Part shown: one piece after another, positions 9,852-20,300 of the stretch
Numbering within the stretch: position 1 is the first letter of the stretch
Layout: the number at the start of each line of letters is the position of its first letter
Source: a virus
Lineage: Duplodnaviria > Caudoviricetes
Length of the DNA stretch: 58,649 nucleotides
Reading direction: 5' to 3' (one strand)
IMG/VR virus record: IMGVR_UViG_3300025103_000014
Span: 1-58,649 of that record
Notes under the pieces: model-generated
Databases searched by the model: none
What the model was told of the DNA's origin: nothing
What the model saw: only the letters and a program-made list of their open reading frames with translations
Program-made: the position numbers and the translations under genes

Positions 9852-10645
9852 TATTTAGGCATCCTAATTAGTTCCGCATCCCAACATTTGCCTACAAGAC
9901 GGGATGGGCGGTCTATTCGGCATTCCACTATAAGTATTGCTGCCCCCCACTGGCTAGAGTCTTTACGAATCATATAGTCAGGCTTGAGAGGACCGCATGT
10001 ACCTACATTAGCATACCAAAACGGAAGTGGAACTTTTTTTGTCCTCAACATTTGTGTTGGGGGTATGGGTCGGTGTGTATGTCCACGAACCATTAGTCTG
10101 AAAGTTTGTTGTTGGGCGTTCGGCATTGCGTTCAACATTTGAAGCCCCTCAAGTTCATCACTTACAAGCCCCGCGTCAAAACCATGATAAAAACAAATCT
10201 GCCCAATGCTTTTAACACATCGAGCAGATTTTTCGTAGGGTAGCCATTCCCATTTTTTAAACTCTTCCCTAAAAACGGGGTGCATATTCCAATGAACTAA
10301 ACTTCTGAGCCTTGATGGTACTCTGCGGGGGTCACGGGCTTCGATATTGGCATCGTGATTTCCCTTGTTTATCCAAAGTTCACAGTCGGGACTCAATGTT
10401 CCCCGTATTGCCGACAAAAGGTTATGGGCATGTTCATATTCATCTTCCAACGTATGTGTATCCGTGTCATCCGAAGGATGCACCGAGGCTACAGTAGATT
10501 CAAAAAGGTCGCCCAAATGCCCAAAATGAGTAAGACCCTTTATGTTAGACAGTGTGGAAAGAAGCCAATCAATTGTATTGGTTGGTGTGTGGGGTGCGTG
10601 TGTACAAGATATACACGCAATTTTCGCCGTCTTATGAGTCTCCAT
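9851..10645 (-). CDS. Calcineurin-like metallophosphoesterase
   Basis: Motifs SCTH (Cys in place of the usual Asp), LGDLFE, GNHD, YHG, GHTH. Confidence 0.85.
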   Translation of the reverse strand: METHKTAKIACISCTHAPHTPTNTIDWLLSTLSNIKGLTHFGHLGDLFESTVASVHPSDDTDTHTLEDEYEHAHNLLSAIRGTLSPDCELWINKGNHDANIEARDPRRVPSRLRSLVHWNMHPVFREEFKKWEWLPYEKSARCVKSIGQICFYHGFDAGLVSDELEGLQMLNAMPNAQQQTFRLMVRGHTHRPIPPTQMLRTKKVPLPFWYANVGTCGPLKPDYMIRKDSSQWGAAILIVECRIDRPSRLVGKCWDAELIRMPK

Positions 10646-11015
10646 ATAGATTCTTGCCTTGTATTACTAATCGGACATTATGGCGAAAGAGTAAGAATTG
10701 CTTACATACCTAAAAACACCACATTTATTAACTAACGCTTTTTGTAAAGTAAAAACTAATTCCAAAGTGATAGTAGGTATGTTCTTCTTATTCTCTGCCG
10801 ATGTAATTTGTGTAGAAGTTCTTGCTGCCCTGGGTTGGGTCTGCATGGGGCGCACGGTGGGTAAACCTCCTGCCCATCGTGTGTCCACTACATATTTACA
10901 AAAGTGATGATAAAATGATAGAATAGTACGGAAGCAAGAATGTTATTGCCGAAGAAGTAAATAGAACTACTACATTGCATGGGCGAGAAGCCCGAAAAAC
11001 AGGAGAACCGATAGT

Positions 11016-11801
11016 ATGACAGAATTACAAGCACACATAAGTACAACCGATGGATTAGATGAGGGCGTTGCATCATTTTACAGTGAGCAAGAGGATGGCT
11101 CATTTTTATTGAATGTAACAGGGGCAAATGGGTACGAGTTGGAAAACACAACCGCCCTTAAATCGGCTCTAGGAAAAGAACGAGCAAATGCTCAAGCCGC
11201 AAGTAAAGCACTTAAACAATTTGAAGGTTTAGATGCTACACAGGCAAGAGAAGCATTAGAAAAAATCTCAGAATACGCAGATTTTGACCCAGATAAAAAA
11301 GTTGCAGAGGCAATAAAGGTACGGGAAGCACAGTTAATCAAGCAACATGAGGCTTCTTTACTGTCAATGACAGATGAAAATAAGTCTCTCATTGGGCAAT
11401 TAGAGCAAAACCTCATTACTTCTTCCGCCACAAAAGCCATTGCAGACCTTGAGGGGTCTGTGGATTTATTATTACCGCATGTTATGAATCAAACTAGGAT
11501 GAGAAGAGCAGAAAATGGCTCTTTCATTGCAGAAGTGGTCGATAGTAGTGGTAATCCTCGTATTGGGGATGCACAAGGTTCGCCTATGTCAATATCTCAG
11601 TTAGTAGAAGAAATGAAGACGAGTGACGCATTTGCTCGTGCATTTAAAGGTTCAGGTTCCACAGGAAGTGGGGCTACGAACACAAATAATACCTCTTCAG
11701 GAGGTACAGGTCGCCGAAGTATTAGTCGGTTTGACCAAGAAGCACTTAATAGTAACATTGAGGCAATCGCTTCAGGCGACTCAATAGTTACAGGAGATTA
11801 A
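11016..11801 (+). CDS. Capsid scaffolding protein
   Basis: Coiled-coil LKSALGKER, C-terminal GSGSTGSG; RBS AGGAG; directly precedes the capsid gene. Confidence 0.8.
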   Translation: MTELQAHISTTDGLDEGVASFYSEQEDGSFLLNVTGANGYELENTTALKSALGKERANAQAASKALKQFEGLDATQAREALEKISEYADFDPDKKVAEAIKVREAQLIKQHEASLLSMTDENKSLIGQLEQNLITSSATKAIADLEGSVDLLLPHVMNQTRMRRAENGSFIAEVVDSSGNPRIGDAQGSPMSISQLVEEMKTSDAFARAFKGSGSTGSGATNTNNTSSGGTGRRSISRFDQEALNSNIEAIASGDSIVTGD

Positions 11802-11917
11802 GTGTTCTTACTTCGGCGAGATGCCACCGTGTCGGGATGATGCGGAACACAATTTTACAAACTCCTTTGTAGTGGGTTTGTTCTTTTAGTTTCACATTTT
11901 GAAAAGAGGAAAGCCCA

Positions 11918-13099
11918 ATGGCTAACACACTTACAAATATCATGCCGAAGATTCTTGCAAAAGGTCTATTGGCTCTTCGTGAGCGTTGCATTCTCCCTGG
12001 TCTAGTTAATATGGATTATGGTACAGAAGCCGCCCAAAAAGGCACAACTATTGATGTACCAATCAGTACAGCAATCGCAGTTGCCCCAGTTTCACCAAGT
12101 AATATTCTTCCTTCTCCAGGTGACACGACTCCTGACCTCGTGCAAATCTCATTGGACAAGTGGTACAAGAATACTCCTTTCCACCTTACCGACAAAGAAC
12201 TTACTGAAGTAGACCGAAATCGTGATTTCATTCCGATGCAAGTTTCAGAAGCAGTTCGTGGTATTGCAAATCAAGTAAACCAAGACATCTTTGCTACATA
12301 CACAGATGTTGGTAATGCCGCTAACACAGATGGCTCGGCTTTGGATGTTGCAGATATTGTTGAAGCACGAAAGCGACTCAACATTTCTAACGCACCAAAT
12401 CAAGACCGTGCTTTTGTTATTAACCATGCCGCTGAAGCAGACCTTCTTGGTCTTACAGGATTCAGCCAATGGAATAATGCAGGTCCTGGCTCAACTGAGA
12501 ACATTCAGGTTCGTGGTGAGATTGGCGAACGATTTGGTTTCCGTTGGTTTGCTGATGATGATTGTCCACTCCACACAGGTGGTACTGCGGCAGATGATGC
12601 AACGCTTCTAACGAACGGTACGGCTGCTGTTGGCGCACGAACTATCTCAATGACATACAACGCTGTTAAAACCCTTAAAGCAGGTGACTCGTTCACTATT
12701 GCGGGTGATAGTACAATGTATTCTGTTGCAGCAGATGTTTCACTTGCAAGTGGTAACGCTGATGTTACTTTCAGCCCTGCGTTAAAAGTTGCAACGGCAA
12801 ATGACACTGACATCACCTTCTTCGCTCCTGGTGATGGCACAGATGGTGTATCCCGCCGTGTTGCTCTTGCATTCCACAGAGATGCGTTTGCTCTTGCAAC
12901 TCGTCCTTTGATGGCTTCAGCAAGCGACCTAGCAATGGGAAGCAACATGATGTCTATGACTGACCCTCAAACTGGTCTTTCATTACGCCTTGAAGTTCAA
13001 CGACAATACAAACAAACCACTTGGGAATTTGATATTCTTTATGGTACAAAATGTGTTCGTCCTGAGTATGCTTGTAAAGTCTACTCTGCTACTTCGTAA
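11918..13099 (+). CDS. Major capsid protein (P22 coat-like)
   Basis: MANTL start, KGTTIDVP, LAFHRDAFALATRPL and FDILYG.KCVRPE motifs. Confidence 0.92.
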   Translation: MANTLTNIMPKILAKGLLALRERCILPGLVNMDYGTEAAQKGTTIDVPISTAIAVAPVSPSNILPSPGDTTPDLVQISLDKWYKNTPFHLTDKELTEVDRNRDFIPMQVSEAVRGIANQVNQDIFATYTDVGNAANTDGSALDVADIVEARKRLNISNAPNQDRAFVINHAAEADLLGLTGFSQWNNAGPGSTENIQVRGEIGERFGFRWFADDDCPLHTGGTAADDATLLTNGTAAVGARTISMTYNAVKTLKAGDSFTIAGDSTMYSVAADVSLASGNADVTFSPALKVATANDTDITFFAPGDGTDGVSRRVALAFHRDAFALATRPLMASASDLAMGSNMMSMTDPQTGLSLRLEVQRQYKQTTWEFDILYGTKCVRPEYACKVYSATS

Positions 13100-13122
13100 G
13101 TCTGGCTGTTAGAATTTGATAA

Positions 13123-13149
13123 TACCCCGCCCTCACTGGGGGCGGGGTA
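13123..13149 (+). terminator. Stem-loop after capsid gene, probable terminator
   Basis: TACCCCGCCC-loop-GGGCGGGGTA 10-bp stem; no strong U-tract. Confidence 0.65.
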
Positions 13150-13174
13150 ACATCAATAAAGAAGGAATACAAAA

Positions 13175-13363
13175 ATGTCTGAAACATTAAAAGTACCAAC
13201 GACAAAAATGGTTAATTCTAAAGGCGATTCTGTTGTTTGTGACACAGGCGGAAAAGCAAAATGGGAAGCACTGGGATATTACCCAGAAGGCAGTAAACCT
13301 GCTCCTGCTCCTAAAAAGACAACCAAGAAAACCTCTAAGAAGTGGAGTAGTAACGATGACTAA
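13175..13363 (+). CDS. Small Lys-rich head-associated protein
   Basis: RBS AAGGA; 62 aa; follows the capsid gene. Confidence 0.65.
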   Translation: MSETLKVPTTKMVNSKGDSVVCDTGGKAKWEALGYYPEGSKPAPAPKKTTKKTSKKWSSNDD

Positions 13364-13541
13364 TTCAGAAACAATGGATGTTGCAAATGGCTCAGGTCGT
13401 CTTACTATCCTAAAGTCTGAACTTGAATCATATTTGGCTAGGGGATACAAAGTCCCTGGCGGAAACAAAAAAGCAGCGCAACCAATCAAAAAGAAATCTT
13501 TCTCTAAAAAATCAGAACCAAAAGATGATAATGAGGATTAA
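13356..13541 (+). CDS. Small Lys-rich protein, similar in architecture to the preceding ORF
   Basis: ATG 13356 after GGAG; YLARGYK versus WEALGYY, each followed by a Lys-rich tail. Confidence 0.6.
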   Translation: MTNSETMDVANGSGRLTILKSELESYLARGYKVPGGNKKAAQPIKKKSFSKKSEPKDDNED

Positions 13542-13545
13542 CTAA

Positions 13546-14070
13546 ATGGCTCTTGTTGTTGAAGATGGCTCAGGTAAAAGTGATGCGGAAGCCTATGTTT
13601 CAGTAGATTTTACAGACACTTATTTCACGAATCGTCAAGGCTCAACGGCTTGGAACGATTCTGCTGTAACAACTTCAGATAAAGAGGCGGCTATAAGAAA
13701 CGCCACTGCTTATTTAGACAGAAGGTATAACGGAAATTGGATAGGTAGAAGGGTGTATAAGGAACAAGCACTTGCTTTTCCTCGCACAGACATTATAGAT
13801 ATTGATGGCTTTGCTGTTGGTAATGATGATGTACCTACAAATTTAGAACACGCTTGCTGTGAAGCGGCGGTTTTGGCTTTATCCGAAGACTTATTGCCTG
13901 ACTTGACTAATACGGGGATAATTTCAGAAGAAAGCGTAAGTGTTGGGTCAGTAGCCTCAACAACGAAGTATGAGGGCGGGAAGTCCCAAATAAAGACATA
14001 CCGAAAGGTATCAACTTTACTTCGTGGAATGCTTAGAAACGCAGGAACAATAGTTATGGAAAGAGGGTAA
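13546..14070 (+). CDS. Head-tail adaptor
   Basis: MALVVEDGSG...AYVSV, QALAFPR and VP..L..A.CEAA motifs. Confidence 0.85.
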   Translation: MALVVEDGSGKSDAEAYVSVDFTDTYFTNRQGSTAWNDSAVTTSDKEAAIRNATAYLDRRYNGNWIGRRVYKEQALAFPRTDIIDIDGFAVGNDDVPTNLEHACCEAAVLALSEDLLPDLTNTGIISEESVSVGSVASTTKYEGGKSQIKTYRKVSTLLRGMLRNAGTIVMERG

Positions 14071-14441
14071 TGGCAACAGCACTTGATACAACCCTAATAC
14101 CAAAGATTAAATCTATCATAGATGACTATGGTAAGAATGTGGTCTTTGTTGTACCAGGTCTTGCTTCTTATGACCCTGATGATGGTTCTGTCGTTGAGTC
14201 TGGTGTGAAAAAGTACACCGTGAAGTCTACTCCACCTGCTAACTACAGTTCCGACATGATTGATGGTGATATTATAGAGAGCAATGATTGTTCTATATCT
14301 ATATCTTCCTCTGGTCTGCTGTTTACTCCTGCAAATGGTCTTGAAGTCACTTTCGATAATCAAAGTTGGCGTGTTATGAATGTGATAACTGGGTACACTG
14401 GTGATGAAATTGGTATATATGAAATGCAACTGAGGCGATAA
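14070..14441 (+). CDS. Head closure protein
   Basis: YDPDDG motif, C-terminal YEMQLRR, gene position. Confidence 0.7.
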   Translation: MATALDTTLIPKIKSIIDDYGKNVVFVVPGLASYDPDDGSVVESGVKKYTVKSTPPANYSSDMIDGDIIESNDCSISISSSGLLFTPANGLEVTFDNQSWRVMNVITGYTGDEIGIYEMQLRR

Positions 14442-14869
14442 TGATAGGAAGTAACAGTAAGATATTTGCAACAGCAGTTATTAACTTAGGGGCGGCTCTT
14501 CCTGCGCAACAACTTTCTTACGCCATAAAGAAAATTAGCCTAGAGGCTTTAGAGGGTCTTGTTGATATGACTCCTGTTGATACTGGTCGTGCTAAAGGTA
14601 ACTGGAATGTTACTACCGCAGGTCGTTCAATGGCAAAAGCAACAGATTCAAGAATGGATAAAAAAGGTGCTAACTCTATTGAAAGAGGGACGGCAAAAAT
14701 ACTAAAAGCCACGGCAGATAATAAAACCCCCAAAGCAGTATATATAACAAACAATGTGGATTACATCGAAGACCTTGAAAATGGCAACAGCCGCCAACAC
14801 GGGAGACAAGGAATGTTAAGGGTAACTGTGAACAGATTAACTTTAAAGCATAGTGTGACCGCAACATGA
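14441..14869 (+). CDS. Neck protein (HK97 gp10-like)
   Basis: TPVDTGRAKGNW and YITNNVDYIEDLENG.SRQ motifs. Confidence 0.85.
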   Translation: MIGSNSKIFATAVINLGAALPAQQLSYAIKKISLEALEGLVDMTPVDTGRAKGNWNVTTAGRSMAKATDSRMDKKGANSIERGTAKILKATADNKTPKAVYITNNVDYIEDLENGNSRQHGRQGMLRVTVNRLTLKHSVTAT

Positions 14870-15294
14870 CCGTTCAATCCGCGCAAAAATTACATGATGT
14901 AATCAGAAAACGATTCTCCGATGAGTTCGGTGACGAGTACCTTATTGCATACGATAACGCCCCTTTTGACCAACCTGATGACGAGATGTGGATTAGGTGG
15001 TCAGTGCTTTCTGGAAACACCATTAAAGCCGATATAGGGGGTAATACGGGCAGATATAGACACAATGGTGTTGCGGTAGCCCAAATTTTCTCTGTACTTG
15101 AGAAAGGTACGAGAGATGCTTTAATCCTTGCCGATAGGATTGTAGTGAAGTTCCTAGCCACAACAGATAAGACATCTGTGGTGAATAACTCAGTAGTGTT
15201 TAGAACCCCGTCAATCACGCATGTTGGGAGAACTGGCAGTCAGTGGTGGCAAATCAATGTCTCATGTCCGTATTTTGCGGATGAAATCTCCTAA
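14866..15294 (+). CDS. Tail terminator protein
   Basis: IAYDNAPFDQP, G...QIF and WQINVSCPY motifs; precedes the tail tube gene. Confidence 0.75.
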   Translation: MTVQSAQKLHDVIRKRFSDEFGDEYLIAYDNAPFDQPDDEMWIRWSVLSGNTIKADIGGNTGRYRHNGVAVAQIFSVLEKGTRDALILADRIVVKFLATTDKTSVVNNSVVFRTPSITHVGRTGSQWWQINVSCPYFADEIS

Positions 15295-15312
15295 AAATTA
15301 AGGATTAAAATT

Positions 15313-16524
15313 ATGTCTGATACAAATAGAGTAACAATACTATACGGAAAAGAGAGTGCCTACGGTACTTCCCCCGTTGCATCTGGTGGCTATTCCACAA
15401 TGCGTATAACTGGCGAGTCCATGCACCAAGAAACCTCAACTATCACCTCTGCTGAAATTAGAGCCGACCGTCAGATTGCTGATGTTGTCCGTTCAAATCT
15501 CAGTGTTGCAGGTGATACTGGCTTTGAACTGTCTTACAGTTTCGCAGAACTTATGCTTGCGGCTGTAATGTCTGACCAAGCGGCAGAAACCTTTACAGAA
15601 GCAGTTACCTTTCCATCCCTGGGAACACTCGAAGTAACACAATCAACCGCTACATTCACTCAAGGGGGTGATAGTCCGAACTTTGATGAAATGTCGCCAG
15701 GACAATGGATTAAGACAGCAGGATTCACTGATGATGCAAGTAATGGCTACTTCAAAATCAAAACCATTGATTCTAACGAGATGGTTGTTTATGGTACTAT
15801 TGGTGCAGACGAGACGGCTAGTGCTACCCCCACAATGGTACAGGGTGGTCAAGTCAAAAACGGCGCAAAGCAACGCTCATACACAATACAAAGAGTACAT
15901 GAAGACATTGATACAGCAACATCAGGTCGTTCAGCAGCATACAGTGGTTGTATGATTGATGGTATGACTTTAAGTGCTACAACAGAAGCAGTTGTAACAG
16001 GGTCGTTTTCTTGGATTGGTGCAAAGGGTGAATCAAATGATACAGAACTTGGCTCTGACCATGTTGATGCAACCAATGAAGATGTTATGAACTCAATTGA
16101 GGATGTTGACGGTGTAATGGAAGGTACAACTTACGCTTCTAAAAATATCACAGCGTTTACAATGTCTCTTTCCAATAACCTACGACCTCGATTAGAAATA
16201 GGTACATTGGGTGCTGTGGCAATTGGTACAGGTACTTGCAATGTAAGCGGTACATTCCAACGCTACTACAGCGATGCGACAATGATTGACAAGTATTTGA
16301 ATTTTAATGACTCTGCATTAGCGATTGTTTTTGACGATGTAGATGGAAATGCTTATTGCCTTGACTTCCCTAAGATTGTTTACACATCTGCGCAGCGTGT
16401 TGCGGGTGGACAAAATCAAGACCTTATCGCTGATATGTCTTGGGAAGCAATTAGAAGTGACATTCAGTATGATTCAGCAGATGAAGATTGCACAATTCGT
16501 ATCACTAAATGGACAGGTGCTTAA
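15313..16524 (+). CDS. Major tail tube protein
   Basis: ESAYGTSP, SAEIRADRQ, V.GD..FELS and LSNNL motifs; contains an internal insertion. Confidence 0.85.
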   Translation: MSDTNRVTILYGKESAYGTSPVASGGYSTMRITGESMHQETSTITSAEIRADRQIADVVRSNLSVAGDTGFELSYSFAELMLAAVMSDQAAETFTEAVTFPSLGTLEVTQSTATFTQGGDSPNFDEMSPGQWIKTAGFTDDASNGYFKIKTIDSNEMVVYGTIGADETASATPTMVQGGQVKNGAKQRSYTIQRVHEDIDTATSGRSAAYSGCMIDGMTLSATTEAVVTGSFSWIGAKGESNDTELGSDHVDATNEDVMNSIEDVDGVMEGTTYASKNITAFTMSLSNNLRPRLEIGTLGAVAIGTGTCNVSGTFQRYYSDATMIDKYLNFNDSALAIVFDDVDGNAYCLDFPKIVYTSAQRVAGGQNQDLIADMSWEAIRSDIQYDSADEDCTIRITKWTGA

Positions 16525-16563
16525 AGTTAATATAAACTAAGACTCAACCCAAAGGAGATAACT

Positions 16564-17034
16564 ATGGCGTTCAAAATTTCACAACTAAAAACCTCATCAG
16601 AGGGTATATGGGTAGACTGCGGTGCAGACTTGCATCTTAAAGTCGCTCGATTGGGGAATCCTGAATATGAAGAGGCACTAAGAAAAGCAGGAAAGCCTTT
16701 TATGAGGCAAATGCGTCTAGGCACAATGAAAATAGAAGACATGGAAAAGTTAGCCATGAAATGTGTGGCTGACCATGTTCTGCAAGATTGGAAAGGTCTT
16801 GAAGAAGATGATGGCACTGTTATTAAGTTTTCATCTAAAAAAGCCCTTGAGATATTCAGAGAGTACCCCGAATTTTATTCTATCGTTAAAGATGTTTCTG
16901 GAGAAGCAGAACTTTTTAGAAGTGATGAAATGGAAGAAGCATCGGGAAACTCAGAGGCTACTTGCGATTCCAACTCGAATGGGGAAAGCACGAAAAGCAC
17001 CTCCTCAGACAACAAGAAGCGGGACAGCAAGTAG
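16564..17034 (+). CDS. Tail assembly chaperone (gpG-like)
   Basis: EGIWVD, LKVARLGNPEY and VLQDWKGL motifs; RBS AAGGAG. Confidence 0.85.
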   Translation: MAFKISQLKTSSEGIWVDCGADLHLKVARLGNPEYEEALRKAGKPFMRQMRLGTMKIEDMEKLAMKCVADHVLQDWKGLEEDDGTVIKFSSKKALEIFREYPEFYSIVKDVSGEAELFRSDEMEEASGNSEATCDSNSNGESTKSTSSDNKKRDSK

Positions 17035-17330
17035 CGGCGTTAGATAATGCACCAGAGTTATACGAATGGTTAATATGTTATTGGAAGGCATTTAGTGATT
17101 TAAGTTCAACAAGAAATATGTCGCAAGTAGGCGCATCAGCGATACTTATTTCAGAGATAGGTTCATGGCTAGATTTTAATGGTATTTATGAACACGAAAG
17201 TAGGTCAGATTATATGTATTACATTCGCCAACTAGATTCTGAGTTCTTGAACTATACCTCAGAAAAATTAAGCCAACAACACGAGAAAAGCAAAAAGGAC
17301 ATTAGTGCCGCCAAGGCAAAGCGAAGATAA
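16944..17330 (+). CDS. Tail assembly chaperone -1 frameshift extension (gpGT-like)
   Basis: Slippery heptamer G GGA AAC at 16944-16950 in the correct phase; the -1 frame is open to 17330 and contains the W.AFSDLSSTR motif. Confidence 0.8.
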   Translation, partial: GKLRGYLRFQLEWGKHEKHLLRQQEAGQQVAALDNAPELYEWLICYWKAFSDLSSTRNMSQVGASAILISEIGSWLDFNGIYEHESRSDYMYYIRQLDSEFLNYTSEKLSQQHEKSKKDISAAKAKRR

Positions 17331-17333
17331 CTT

Positions 17334-20300
17334 ATGACTATTGGGCAAACACTAATGTTAAAAATCAACGCAGCGGCTGCTGCTGTTGGTGCAAAACAAT
17401 TTCAGGGTGCTGCGGGTACAGTAAGTGCTTCTGCATTAGCGGCAGGTAAAAGTGTTAATACACTTGGTTTAAACCTCCGTATGCTTGCGGGGGGTTTTCT
17501 TGGTCTATATGTTATCCGTGATATTACCAAAACGATGGTTGATTTTGAAAGAACCATGCGAACAGTTAAAATTGTCACTCGTGCCAATACAGAGGACATG
17601 AAGCGAATGACAACAATTGCCCGTGAACTCGGAGCAACCACTAGATTTACAGCAACAGAAGCGGGTGAAGGCATGACCTTCCTTGCAAGGGCGGGTTTTG
17701 AAGCCGCAGATGTTATGGAAATGATTCCCCACACTTTGAACCTTGCTACTGCCGCTGTTATTGACTTGGGTGCAGCGAGTGATATGGTTGCGAATACCAT
17801 CCATCAATTTGGACTCAAGGCTTGGGAAACAGAACGAGTAGTAGATTCTCTTATGAATACTGCGAACAATGCGAACACCGATGTATTCCAACTTGGTAAT
17901 GCGATGCAGTATGCGGGTACTTTCGCAGGGGCGTTGGGCATTACTCTTGAGGAGACAAATGCAGCCTTGGGTATTATGGCTAACTCAGGCATTAAATCCT
18001 CTATGGCAGGTACATCGTTGCGTGGTGTTTTTGCGGCGTTAATTAAACCAACAGACAAAGCAATGAGGGCTATAGATGCGTTGGGCTTAAAGGCGGATGA
18101 TGTCAACCCATCAATTAGGACACTAGAACAAGTATTCCATTCCCTCAGTGAAGCAGGTAAAAAACTAGGCGACACAACAGACTTTGCAGCGTTGATGCTA
18201 CAAATTTTTGCTCGTAGACCTGTTCCTGGTGCATTGGCACTGGCTAAACTAAATGAGGAAATAGGAAAGTCAGTTGCGTTACAAAAAAATTTAAGGGGAG
18301 AAACAGCAAGAGCAGCGAAGGAAATGGATGACACTTTGTTCGGTTCATTTAAGGCACTTCGTTCTGCTGTACAAGAGTTGTGGTTGTCGGCAGGTGATGG
18401 TGGTCTACTGGGTACAATGAGGGTTCTTTCGGATGTATTGGTTAGCACAACACGAATCCTTGGAGGTATGGAAAGAAAAGTAGATAAATATAAGGACGCA
18501 GCAAAGGCTCTATCAATTGTAATAAAGATTCTTGTTGTTCGTCTTGGTGCGCTAATGATTCTCAAAGTGTTACACGGTCTGTTTCTTCTGGTGGGAGGTG
18601 CGGTTCTTTTACTCACGGGTAGATTAAAACAATTACAGGTGGCTTCGGCTGCAAATTGGATAACAGCCTTGGCAACTGCGGTTGCTTTAGTCGCAGTTGC
18701 GTATCAGGAATGGGCGAACCACGCAAAATCCGTTGCGGAGATGCAAGAACGAATACAAGATAGAACTGAGAGGGTGAGTGACTTAAACGCTCAAGCAATT
18801 ATAGCCAAAGGAAAAGTTGAATCTATTCGGATATTAGCACAAGCGTACAACGTATTGAAAGAAAGTGTACAGGATGCAAACAATGAATTAGTCAAAGAGG
18901 AAGCCGAAAGTACAGTAGGAAAAACTTACCAACAGATTATGGGTTTGAGTGGCGGGAACACATCATTGTTTAACTTTAAACTACCTACTTGGGAGGGGGC
19001 GTTGTTTGGTGGTAAAGGTATCGAGTTTCCAAAAGGACCGAAGACAGAAGAATTTAAATCCCTTCAGGGAGCAGTCAAAGATGCTCAGGGTGGGTTGAAT
19101 GAGTTCATTGGAGTGTGGCAGGAACTATCAACTAAGTCCGAGGAAACATGGGAATCTTTAACAAAAGATGTAACAGACTATACTGGTCTTACGCAAGAGC
19201 AGTTGAAAGAGATTGTTGTAGCGGGTACAGAGTTACAAGCCTTGTTTGCCATATTAGAAGAGAAAAGTGTTAAAGAGGCTATGAAGGGTGTTACCTTGGC
19301 GGGGGGTGGGTCGATGATTAACCCCAACAACTTAGCAGAGTTGGAAGCACTAACAGAGACTCTCATAATGATAAAGAGACTAATAGAGAACATGGGTGGA
19401 GATGGGTTCACTGCCTTGGAAATAGAGGGTCAAGAAGAAGTGATGGAACTAGGAGATAAATACACCCACCTACTGCACACAATCAATATGACAAAAGAGG
19501 GGTTAGCCAAATATAACAGAGAACAAGAACTAGCCACTGCACTAAAAAAAGCAGACGGCGCAGTAACATCCGATGAAGTGAAACGCCTAAAGGATTTGGC
19601 GGCGGATTATGAAAATGCGGTGCAGTTGCAATCATGGCTCAATGATTTGGTGAAAACAAGTATTAAAGCGGGGAAAGAAAAAGCCAAAATAGCAAAAGAA
19701 GCGCAAGATTTGAGGGACTTAGAAAAGACATCTATGAAGCAGTTGGCATCAGATATGAAGTTCAACAATGAGTTATTGAAATTGGAGAAGGAAGGAAAAG
19801 AAGGATGGAATCTTGAAACAGAAAAAATGATTCTAAAGCGACAGATAGATGCAGCAACAACACACCTAGCCGCAGCAGCCAGACAAAAATTAACAGATGC
19901 ACTTATGGCGGAACTAGAGGTTAAGCAACAATTAGAAAAGTATGACCCCGCAGACAAGATTAAGGAACTAAACGAACTAATAAAAGAACAAACTATGCTC
20001 AATAAAGACGGGGCTTTAGCCCTAGAGATGTACCAACTTGAACAAACAGCACTTGCTGAAATGGGTAAAGACGCGTCACAAGAACAAATTGATAAAGTGA
20101 AAGAATTGATTGCAGAATTGGGAAGATTAAAAAAACAAAATGAGGGTACTAAACAGGAGATGCTTATTACCAATCACCAATTTGCCCAGACAATGACTCA
20201 AAGTATTATGTCGGTTGTTAAAGGGGCGGCTACTTTAGAAGAGGCGTTCACGGGTTTAATTATTAAACTTATGGAAATGATTATTCAAGCAATAATTTTG

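Noticed and set aside
10667-10907. Short overlapping ORFs on both strands upstream of the phosphoesterase
   Set aside because: No clear RBS or motif; I cannot decide which, if either, is real
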